A stretch of DNA of 63,042 bases, counting the filler, from Choristocarpus tenellus KU-1152 (taxonomy: Eukaryota > Protista > Phaeophyceae): assembly GCA_964200185.2 (NCBI GenBank). It is 7 parts of 7 records of this genome, joined end to end, with 100 filler letters (N's around TTAATTAATTAA, not from the genome) between each part and the next. Parts side by side here need not be neighbours in the genome. Positions count along the whole stretch, not along the records: positions 52,711 to 56,022 come from CAXNAD020020881.1; positions 56,123 to 63,042 come from CAXNAD020007057.1; 5 more parts are not named here. One strand, written 5' to 3'. Position 1 is the stretch's first letter; each line of letters opens with the position of its first letter. Both the position numbers and the translations under genes were made by a program. This document shows positions 52,611 to 63,042 of the stretch, one piece after another. Below the pieces are notes generated by a model. That model did not search any database, had not been told where the DNA came from, and was given only the letters and a program-made list of their open reading frames with translations.

Positions 52611-52710
52611 NNNNNNNNNNNNNNNNNNNNNNNNNNNNNNNNNNNNNNNNNNNNTTAATTAATTAANNNNNNNNNNNNNNNNNNNNNNNNNNNNNNNNNN
52701 NNNNNNNNNN
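52611..52710. other. Artificial contig-joining spacer
   Basis: Same linker. Confidence 0.98.
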
Positions 52711-52770
52711 GCCAAGCCCCACAAATGGACAAACAGGGAAAAATTCGTACCCTCTAAGATAGTTTCACTC
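52711..52770 (-). mobile_element. MITE family A end at contig start
   Basis: Reverse complement of 13778-13835 with one mismatch. Confidence 0.85.
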
Positions 52771-53801
52771 CAGTGAAAATAGCGGTTTCAATGTTTGGTC
52801 ATATTAGCACCTCAGGCCACTTGTTGGAAATGCTTTCACGCAGGCTGTATAGTCAACAACATGTTAGGGCCTGATTCGTGTCCCAAATAATGAACTCGCT
52901 CACCACATAGACAGGGCCCCCTCAGCAGTGTGTTCGTATTAGTCATGGCAGATGTACTATGACATTAGCCTGTGGCAATACATTTCGTCATTCCCAACCC
53001 TCTCCACCTGGTTGGGGGGTCAATGGATGTAGGTACCTGTATGAAGTTCATGGTTCCACACAACTCATGCGCAAACCTACGAAACATAGGGAAGGACAGT
53101 CCATGCATCTAGGAAACAACTATCATTGCTCAAGGGTTTTAAAATGATGTTTCATACGTCACCTTGATATAGCATCAACCATAAAGTTAGAGGTCAGAAA
53201 CTACTGCATGGCTGAAGTGTGTTTGTTCCAGTTGAGCAAAGGATCCTTGTTCTGAGTCAAAACCTCTACCTGATGCCTAGGGTAGAACTCTATGGTGTAC
53301 ACTGTCAGAACTATGCTGTACTGGTTGAGAGTATAAAACTATAATAAGGCCCAAACAATACACCTCATACATCCTGTACCAAAGGGTGTATGCATTGGCA
53401 TACTTACAATCCCACAGGGCCTATGGAAACGATTTGGAGCTTGAGATACAAAGCAAAGATTTGTACCAAACAGTGTGGTGAGACATCACCTGACCAAGGT
53501 GAACAGTCCTTGGCCTTGAAGAGGAACCACTGATACAAGGAGGGCCATCAAGCCCTCTAACAGAAGGGAAATCCACCCTTTTTTCCCATCTAAACTTGGA
53601 GAATAGGCACATGACGAAGGACAGCCTTGGTTAGAAGTAGGTAATTTGGCAGGGGTATATTTTCGACCTGTGTACATCCCCCACTGACACAGGGTGGAGA
53701 CATTATGGCATGAAAGATGTGGATTTCAGATTTTTAAGGGAGCAGTCACGACAGCTTCTGAACTTACGAGCTACCTCTTTGTGTAACGTTAAACAAAAAA
53801 C

Positions 53802-54035
53802 TCAATAAAAATTTAAAAAAAAAATCTGTTTCCATCTGTTGTGAAAGTAAAACCATTGAGCAGGATTTTGACGTTTCCAATTTTCTAGATTCTGATTGAT
53901 TTCTAGCATAGTATCGTAGCAATCCTTTTCTGTATTACCAGTATCAACAGGTTCTATAGGAGTGTGTATTATTTTTTCAAGAAAGCTTTGATTCCCCTGT
54001 CTGTGTTTTACTATTTCAGAGGACATAGGATGCCA
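53802..54035 (-). pseudogene. htrB: Fragment of a bacterial lipid A late acyltransferase (HtrB/LpxL family) C-terminus, Rickettsiales-like
   Basis: IIHTPIEPVDTGNTEKDCYDTMLEINQNLENWKRQNPAQWFYFHNRWK carries the family C-terminal signature N..lE.wi...PxQWxWxHxRW/FK; intronless, AT-rich, N-terminal three quarters missing. Confidence 0.75.
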
Positions 54036-54299
54036 GTGACATATAGAAATAAAAAAATTAAATATGATTCTAATCTACCAGTTCTTCTTTTAAAGATAAA
54101 AGCTTTATTGTGTTTCTTCTAACAATCGTGACTTGTTTCCTATCTCTAAAAAGAGAGGGAACCACTACTATATATTTATCGTTTAATGGATGAAATAAGA
54201 ACGACTTCACTGCGGATGCATTATCTGTCCTCCTAGATTTAACCTGGGCTATATTTGGTACTGAGGTTCCTCTCATTTCCTCACCTGCGAGGCATGTAT

Positions 54300-56022
54300 T
54301 GAAGCAAGCCTTGAAAATCACCTCATGTACTGGCACCCCATTGTCCCTTGTCTCTATGAGCTGTTAGATGTGCATCCCAACCCCCTCACCACCCTTGGTA
54401 CCAATGCATCCATAATTGTACCCTACCCACCGCCACACAGATCTCTTTCACTAGTTCCCATATCTCTAGAAGCATCTTTGGGCATTAGACTCGTTGCCCT
54501 TCCTTGGTCTCAGTATGCCTGCAGGTTTCCTACCCTGTGTGCATTGCCCTTGTTGGGAAAGTTCCCAAGTTCCACTGTCTGGTAGATTAGCATCAAACAG
54601 TGACACCCAGACCACCTAGGCTCATACCCTCTCACTCTCACGGAAGCACCAGCTCCCATCCCAAGTCAGCTTCGACCATAACTAATTTGAAGCAGTCTTG
54701 GGCAATCATTTGAAGCTAAAGAAAATGCGAGGCTGTCAGTTATTTTGTGCCTCAGAAGTCCTTCATGCCAAGTAAGCATATATCTGATACGCACCTAGAT
54801 GAGAGAACGTGTTTGTCCAGGCATCTAGGCTTCCCTTGACTCACAAGCTCGTTCCCCATTCCCCCAAGAAGCCCTGCAAAGTGTCCATGCTGTATCCAAA
54901 ATATGGATGTAGCATCCTATATATCAACCTTATCCTCCCAAGATGGTAGGCCTGAAGCTACAAGTACACAAAGTCTCTCCCTCCTCCCCCCACTACATGA
55001 TGAAGAGGACACGCAATGAATACACTGTTCCCACCACTAAACCTCAAGCCCGTATCCTTTCCAGTAGGAACACTGCAAGCATTCATTGTAGAAGATGTAG
55101 ACTAGGTCAAATAGTGTTAGACTGGTACTGAAGGCATCCCTCGGTCAGTGAGGAGACTCGTCCGGCCTGCAACCTCACCTCAAGAACAAAGCGCAAAAAT
55201 GTATCGGATATTGAACTTACTGTTGGTGAACATGCACCTTGAGCTCCGAACATGCACACACACAGAGCACGCTATTTACAACACACAGGCAATGCTTCCG
55301 GCTCATGCCAGCACTCCTAAGAGTGCTGGCATAGCCGTGCCCGCTTGGCTCGAACCAAGGGGCGTCGATCCTCTTGTGAGGCCCGATCCTTAGGCGTGTT
55401 CAGCTCGTCCTGCCAAATGCAGATAGGAGTTGAAAACATGTGTGGGAGAGAATAGTGAGGTGGTCTGATGAGGTAGATCAATTACAAGCCTGGAGCATGA
55501 AGTGCAAATGCACTTGTGGTTCCTGTACTTCATCCTATGCCGCGGGGAGAACATGTCCTGTCCACTCTTTCCCTAACATCTCCCTTCCCTCCCGATGTAG
55601 AAAGGAATGCATTGGTAAATAGATTGGACGTAGCCCGCAGACACCTTGTCGACAAGTGTACGACTAGCATATTCATATCACAATCAACATGCTATTGCTA
55701 GCCTGTCATCATGTTTGGATCATGTTGGTACCACTCTATTTTTCGGTACCAATTGATGTACATGAGATATATGCCTTCTTGAAACACCAGAACACAACAG
55801 TGAGATTGCATGCGATGACCAAATAGCCACCTTCTACCAGGGTGGAGTACCAAGGATCATCCTCACCTCCACACCAGAAGTCTTCCGTTTCCTGGCCTTG
55901 GTCTCACTACCCTCGGGTGACTCCACACATTTCTCCTCCTATTACAGCAGTGTGGGTAAGGGCTTAGCACAGTTTGACACCAAGAAACTGGGAACCATTT
56001 CTCCCCCTGATGTAGGGAAGTG
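54300..56022 (+). mobile_element. Possible highly degenerate LINE reverse transcriptase relic
   Basis: Eroded motifs in the expected order: PMPRGEHVLSTLSL (cf. GvPQGxxLSPxLF) and EVFRFLAL (cf. FkYLG); many stops. Confidence 0.3.
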
Positions 56023-56122
56023 NNNNNNNNNNNNNNNNNNNNNNNNNNNNNNNNNNNNNNNNNNNNTTAATTAATTAANNNNNNNNNNNNNNNNNNNNNN
56101 NNNNNNNNNNNNNNNNNNNNNN
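56023..56122. other. Artificial contig-joining spacer
   Basis: Same linker. Confidence 0.98.
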
Positions 56123-56147
56123 GAACAGCGGGCGCGCGCGCCCCCCC

Positions 56148-56172
56148 CCCCCCCTCCCAGATACTTTGACCC
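56148..56172. mobile_element. Terminal piece of MITE family B near contig start
   Basis: CCCCTCCCAGATACTTTGACCC. Confidence 0.6.
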
Positions 56173-56433
56173 TTTACTCCACAACATCTTTTATGTATAT
56201 AGTACTTGTGTTGTTAATAACCTGCTGGTCCATCTGTGCTCCATACTTTTTTACCACCCTAATCGTTTTGTTCCTCTTTGCCAACTCTTTCTATCATGGT
56301 TATTGTGTGTCCTGCCGTGTCATTGGTTGTTGGTTGTTGCTACTCTTTCTGTCACGGTTACTGTATATTTCTTCATGTTGAATTGTGAATTGGGTGTAGT
56401 ATGTCCAAGATGGTCTGTCCTCTTTCTTCCAAG

Positions 56434-59400
56434 AGTTTGTGTATTCATCGACTGTCTTTGATGGAGGTGTTGTGGAGCGTCCCACAGTTGCCTTGCGGAA
56501 GCTTCTAAGCTGCTCAAGTGTGCTCCATAGTGCCATAAGCAGGGAAGACATTGATGTGGCAAACATCATCCGGAAGGTAAGGGATTATCATTATCGGATT
56601 ATTATTTCTTCTCTGGCCCACAAGCAGTTTGTGACATACTGCCTGCGAAGATTGATGAAACTACCCTACAGTTGTAGTGGGTAGAGTTGGAGTTAGGGTT
56701 AATCAAAGTTGGTGTGGAAAAGTTGCATGTTGAAATTTCTGTCTGCCAATGTGAAATATGTTACAATCTATTGACATTTCTCAATATTCGTTGAATCTAC
56801 TCTAATCTAATCTAATCTAATGTGTCGCACAAAGGAACACATTTGCACAGTGTATTTTCAGTCCATTACCAAGGGATTCTTAATCTCCGTAGAACCTCCC
56901 CACTATATTCATTGCCACCTATTTTTTCTTTTGGCTTGAGCCCTTTTCCTCATAGACCTAATTGGGCAAGGTTGTTGTTCCATCCCCCAATTGCTTGACG
57001 CAGTATAGCACTGTATTGGCAATATTTATAGTATTCATTGTGTTTATGGTATTAGAAGGCTGTCTCTTGTCTTTGTCAACATACTCTCACATATGCTCAA
57101 CATAGTTCGAGGAGATCTGCAATGTTGACATTAAACACTTGTAATATCTATTAATATCATGTATGTGCAGTACACACATCAACCAATAATCTGGTCTCAA
57201 TCTTTTGATGTATACTGATGTCAAGACATAGGTATGAATATGAAGAACAAAAAAGACATGAACACACCACACAAATCTCAGTTACCCAACTCATTAATGT
57301 GGTCAAGCATAAGCAGTACCATCTTGTTCTTTTTTTGTGTATTGATTGAGTTCTTTGATGTGTATGTGACACCTCTGTGCTTCTTGTGTTCTTGGCCAGG
57401 TCCTTTTGGATGAATGTACCGACTGGGGACACCTACACAATAACAAAACCAAGACAAAGGATGGAAAGGCCAGCCTCAAACCCAGGGAGAGAAATGTACT
57501 CGACCACATCTCAAAATGGTGATGCTCTTAACCTTTTTTACCTTTGTATGATGTGTCTCATTATATACACACCTAGGTGGCACTATCACCATGCTTGGGG
57601 CCTGTTATATTGTAATATTGGATGGAACAGGAGTGAGTGAGGTCAGATTGGTATTGCTATTGCTATTGCATAAGGTAGGATATGTTGGTATTGTTGCAAC
57701 TTGTAGGTATTTATGTCTATCAGGTGGTGTTGCATGGCATCTTCCCTCACGATAGGATCAGTTACTTCTGTTTTTCATGTTCAAGATCATAACACAGAGT
57801 ATTTAAAGGCACTCATGTTGACAATAATATTTTGTTCGTGCTATAGACACCATCAGTTGCGGTTTGTGGATCATGGAGTGACTTGCTTTGTTTTTTGTAC
57901 AGGAGACAACTATTACTATTATTATTATTATTATTTGTTCCTAGTTGTGAATCAAGTGTCTTGTACTGAGAACACTCTTGTACATATTTTTTTATCAATA
58001 GTCGCATGTTTCACTTACACTACAGTGACTACACTACAATGAGTGGTGTCAACAAACAGGGACATCTCCCTCTGTATCTCATTACTCTCACAGTGTACAC
58101 AGTATTTGAACATGACATGGTTTAACACCAAACCTTTCTGATGTAAGTGATTATTGATGCATCTGAATGCCAAGGTACACGGAGATGTTAGAGATGATCT
58201 CTCCAGGGGGAAAGGTACCTGGAGTTGTTTATGTTCCTGCAAGGGAAGGATTTGTGGCGTCAAATTTCACTCCAAAGGGGGGAGTTCCGGTGGACTTGTT
58301 CTTTGACAAGGAGGAGCTAAAGGTAGTGTTGAATAAGAATCAAATACCAAGTGGGGTGCTTTCAGTTGCAGAAAGTTGCTTTTGTTCCTGTTGGGATCTT
58401 GTTGTCGTATTTGTCTATACATGCCCTGCTTCAGAATTAGGAACAGTGTAGGAATGGTGTATTTCATTGTATTTAATATCTTCAATGTATTACTGTGGTG
58501 TTGTGTTGATTGGTTGATTGGTTGAGCATTGTATTATTATTAGTAGTAGTAGCAGTAGTAGTAAGGGATGTTTGCGGTAGGCCAACTTTGATCAGTGACT
58601 ATCTATTTGTATCTATTTTATCAACCAAGTGTAGAAAGCTGTTTGGTGCATACTAGCTATTTGGCCACTCCACCTGCACGCAATTTAATGACTCAGACAG
58701 CAGCCTCAAGTGCTGGTAAATGATGGGTTAGGTTTAGGGCTATCATCTGATACTTGTCCCCTCCTTGTTTCATTTTTTAGTGGGCAAGTTGTGACTGTGA
58801 TGTATTTTATAGTAGCTAACTTACAAGGTTGACTCTCTTGTAACAACACCCCAGGCCCTATGTGAGCTACTTGGTAGTGGAGGTGCCCGTGCTGTGGAGA
58901 AAGCTGTTCTGGAATTCATCGCCACCAAGGTTAGAGAAATTCAGGTAAGGGTATTCTTGGTGTTGCAGCTGCTTGTGGTAGACGATGCTTATTCAAGTCT
59001 GGAAGTATTGCATTCTTTTCTTACATCCATAGGCTATGTGTTGCAGTTCACACATACATGAGTAACAAATTGGAAGGCGTCTTCCAGAGTGATGAAAAGG
59101 CGGATGAGAGGAAGCTGAAAGGATATGTAGGTATTGGTAGTCATTGCATCATCGTGAGGTGTGCTGAGAACAATGACCACCTTCCAAATACAAACATAAA
59201 GAGCATGAACATGTCCATATCCTGAAAATATTTGTTTTTTCTCAAGATATTGTTTTCATGAGGGGTCTTTTACTGGCTTTTACTGGCTCAGGCAATAAAT
59301 AGGACCACTCTCCAATCCAGGACTGCAGACTAGACAATTGAACCTGTCGATGGTCTGGGACCATGCCTTCCATAAATGTAAAAAACCGAACATAGGCAAG

Positions 59401-62400
59401 GGCCTTTCACAAGGTCCAGCTCTGTTTGCCACAAAGATGGTTTCTCTCACATGGATTTGCTTGTACTGGTGCTCTTTGATCTCTGCTCAATGCATTCTAA
59501 TTGTTATCATGTACATAATACTTTTTATTAAATATGTATGTATATATATACAACATTTCATGGCTTTCCGTTGGAGTCACATCATCAGTCAGCATCGCTT
59601 GGCGAGGGAGGGAGATACCATACACTTCATCTATAAATTTGTTCATTACTAAAAAATTCCAGAACAATTATCGAACTGCACTAAATAGTCAGATAAATAG
59701 TCAGTAGCGTTCAACTTGTTTTATTTATCTGCACCAATTCACACCCCCACCCCCTTCAAAGCAAAGGATCATGTGACTTTTTTGCAAGGCGTCATTGTCA
59801 TAATCTTTGTCATTTTTCATCGAATTCAGCGTACCCTCATACCAATCCAATTGGAGTTTCAGCCACTCTGGATTACCCTTGATGTCCCCCATGGTGGCTA
59901 GTCCGTTTTCCTGTGTTGCTGAACATTGTTAAACACAACCATGGTATCTGCATGTATTGTTTCCTGACTGTTACATAGCTGATTCTGACTCAAAAGGAGA
60001 AGATTCTACGTAGATTCAAGGAGGTGTACAATACTCCAAAGTGGGAGGAGAGCTTAAGAGCACTAGGAGGTGAGGGGTATAGAGTGTAGAGCTAGTGAAC
60101 ATTACCCTCCATGTTCTTGTGTTTGAGCAGTTTTATGGGCAGTGAGGCAACAAAGGAGAGACCAGGTGAGAAGCTACTTTTTGTCAAATGAGTATTAAAA
60201 TGAATAGGTAGTAATTAATACTTCAAAGTAGTGTATTACTTCAAGTTTACAGTGATTGAGTACACCACGAGGTATTGACTCTTCAGAAAGAGTTCACATG
60301 CATGAAATGATGGAGGAGTTAGTCCTGTAATGACTGATTGGTGATGGTGATGATGTCTTTCTTCCATTCCGGTCTTTGTAGTGGTGAGGTGAGGTACAAA
60401 TGACAAGTGCCTTGTTTTACTTGCCCAAAATTGGCAGTAAATCACACCACAAAAGGGTTCAGTTTTCAATAGCATTGTTTCTATTCTCATTGGGTGCACT
60501 CATCTTTGTAGCTTTTGCATTCATAGCATAGTTATGAGCCACTGTCAAATGTATGCAAAACAATGTCTGGAATAGTATTGCAAGTTTAGATGTGATATAC
60601 TGAGAACGTTAATCCTTCAGAACTGGTGGGGGTGGTAATGCCTATTGATGGAAACCCCTTGCATGCACATGTTGTGCTTGTATTGCATGTTGGTAGTGCT
60701 TGATGTGACCTTAGTGCTAATTTATAGTTCTAATTAATAGTGTATTGATACATCTAGTCTAACCTCCTCTGCAGCTGTTGAACAATATACTTTTAAGAGT
60801 GTGAGGGTTATGACTTCCAAGACAAAAATGATGGAAGCATGGTACTGTGTATTGTGTATACTACAATGTTTTCTGTACGTCACTGTGGTGTGGTTTGAAT
60901 TGTGTTGCTAGGTCAGTGGATCCCTCTAAGGAATGGTCTCTTTATGTTTGTCTTGTGATGAGTATTTGTGGTACAGTTGTCACAGTTATGTTGTTTCAAG
61001 GAGATTCTGCTGCTGTAAGTGGATAGTGATACTAATACTGATGCTGCCAATGTCGTGTATTCATGGCAAGTTGTTTGGTGTGTCCTTCTGATAGTTGATG
61101 TATTTTTCATCTTCCCTATCTAACATTGTTTGGCATGCCATTGCTGCTTGAGACAAGGGCTGGACAAGTTGGTGGAGAACTCCATTGCCATTGGAAATGC
61201 CCTTATGCTGCGAAGGCTGCTCAATGAGGTATGCTGTACTAAAATATATAGACATATATACTCCAGAGTATGTATATATATACCAAAACATATCACCCCC
61301 AGTACCTGAGTAGTATTTTATGAGGTGTACTTCACCCAGTTGAACAGTAAAAAATTATTTGATGGGCATATAGACAATGACACTGCACTTGAATGGACTT
61401 GGACTTTCCCAGCCCGCGCACAGATTTGATTGGTGTTATCTTGACTTGTACACTGTTGTGACCTAGATATACTAAGATACATACTCCAGTACTATTGATG
61501 GTATACAACGGATTAAAGTGGAGATGGAGGATGCGAGGTGGGAAGTTTCCTTAATATCATGAAGTTCAGAGTAGTCTGGAGGCTTGTATTGTAGGGTTGA
61601 TACTCTAAACAGTTTGCTTCATGCTATAGCAACAACCACAAGTAGGAGAGTTGGGCAGTACCCTCCCTTGTCACACACAACACCCTACAGCATCAAACAG
61701 CAGGTAGAAAACAACAAGACACTAGATGATTGTTATTACAGTCTTTCCATGATCGTGACACTGTTAGTGTAGGATAGAAATTCAATTGAAGTGAAGTGTT
61801 GTACCTAGAAGTATGAATAGTATCAATGCTCAGCAGACATACCACTACTCACTTGCACTGTCTGCCGGTACAAGTCGCCTTATCTATCCAAGATGTTGTT
61901 AGAAGTGATTAGTTGTAAGCATTCTTGGGAAGGTCAAGAAACAAGAAAGGAGGAAGTAGTATCACCACTGCCACAATGGATGAAGTACCTGCTAGGAGAT
62001 GCAGTTTGCTTCTCACTCCCACTGTTCTTTCATTTTGTGATTGCGTTGGAAACCATGGTTCGTGTGTAACCTAAGCTTGGATTGATCTAAGGTTGCAGAA
62101 CCAAGATTAAGATAGGATTAGTGGAATCTGCTGCTTGTGTTTGGAGTGCAGTGTTGACTGGTGGCAAGTTTTTGAGGTATGTTCATGTGTTCATGATTTG
62201 CTGGTCTCACTCGGAGAAATGACTATGGTGGTAAGTCATTGAGAGTAATGGCCTTGTCACCACTTACGCGTTTCCTTGCAGGCACTTGGTGAGGTGTATC
62301 AGCATACAATGCCTTTCATTCGAGATACTGTCAAGATGGGCTGTCAGGCTTTGGATGAGGGGATTGGGGTAGAAGGGGGGGCGGGTGTGGACGCATTCAA

Positions 62401-62874
62401 GAGGCTTGCAGAAGACCTTGGTGAGCAATAGTCACTTCAGGACACAGTTTGAATTTATTGTACAAGGCATGTCATTCTTTGACAAGCATGCCTGGTTGGA
62501 GTGTCAATCTTCTATTACTATTGTAATATTAGGTCACTGTGTGTTGAAGTGTAGGTAGGGTGTATCACTTTCTTGCTTTATTTCATTCTGTAACACCTTT
62601 CTGTGCACCAGACTGCAAGGGCCTACAACAACAGGGGGTGTTGAAGTATTGCATCATTAAAATATTTGTTTGTTTCTTTAGTTTGCCGAAGTCCAAGTTG
62701 TGGTTATCATAAATTTAATGCTGTGCCTGTCCTTTTTGATTTACACAAAGGTCTGCGCCTGAAGTCAGAGGACCACTCACTTCTTCTTTCCTTGGAAGGG
62801 TGCCTGGACCACTCTGTATGGGAGCTGCTACCATATGCATATGCTGCTTCTTTCACGTCAGAGTGGTGGAAGAG
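56434..62874 (+). CDS. NCKAP1: NAP1/NCKAP1 (Hem) subunit of the SCAR/WAVE regulatory complex, internal exons
   Basis: Eight phase-consistent GT-AG exons: 56434-56576, 57400-57518, 58175-58322, 58855-58944, 59979-60069, 61158-61228, 62282-62420 and 62751-62874; motifs ERPTVAL, DIDVANIIRKVLL, ISKWYTEML, EELKALCELLGSGG, IAIGNALMLRRLLNEAL and WELLPYAYAASFTS. Confidence 0.85.
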
Positions 62875-63042
62875 GTGGGTACCAGTGCAAAGTGTTTTGT
62901 GGAACAAGGTGTGTGGTGCCTTTGTACAGAATAATATGGCGAAGGACCAATGGACCACCCCCCTGCCCCCCCCCCCCCGCCCGCAAACCCCACTCCTGCC
63001 GTGCTCTGCTCGTCCATCCCCCCCCCTTTTAACAACATTTCC

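Noticed and set aside
58969-59130. Extra NAP1 exon
   Set aside because: It would need a 24-nt intron and contains a stop; exon 59979-60069 gives the in-phase continuation
59555-59595. Minus-strand CTGATGA...GAAA as a hammerhead
   Set aside because: No convincing stem II, and no stem I/III pairing
1-63042. Functional gene cluster linking SBNO, Nup85, GOGAT, acyltransferase, EF-P, kinase and NAP1
   Set aside because: The genes lie on different contigs, so adjacency across spacers is meaningless

Overview
Eukaryotic nuclear DNA, and not one locus. The window is seven draft contigs joined by six artificial 100-nt spacers (N44-TTAATTAATTAA-N44): 1-13835, 13936-18422, 18523-28622 (with a 10-N gap), 28723-45402, 45503-52610, 52711-56022 and 56123-63042. 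Intron-rich genes and bipartite signal-peptide plus ASAFAP-type presequences point to a photosynthetic stramenopile, possibly a brown alga or close relative (inference). Spliced genes reconstructed by hand: strawberry notch (partial), Nup85 (partial), the first coding exon of glutamate synthase, a WWE-domain gene, a carnitine/choline acyltransferase (3' part), an HHL1-like plastid protein head-to-head with plastid EF-P (both complete), an ADCK2-type ABC1 kinase (complete) and NAP1/NCKAP1 (partial). The rest is two related MITE families, LINE, Ty3 and Tc1 relics, and an unidentified decaying multi-exon gene. I see no convincing new multi-gene system. The best leads are: (1) an AT-rich fragment of a Rickettsiales-like lipid A acyltransferase (HtrB/LpxL) inside a contig carrying host repeats; (2) a 93-bp duplication of an AG|GT acceptor in EF-P that could give a new or recursive intron or a 31-aa insertion; (3) CpG-rich gene starts against CpG-depleted gene bodies; (4) glutamate synthase and the WWE gene converging while both are incomplete.
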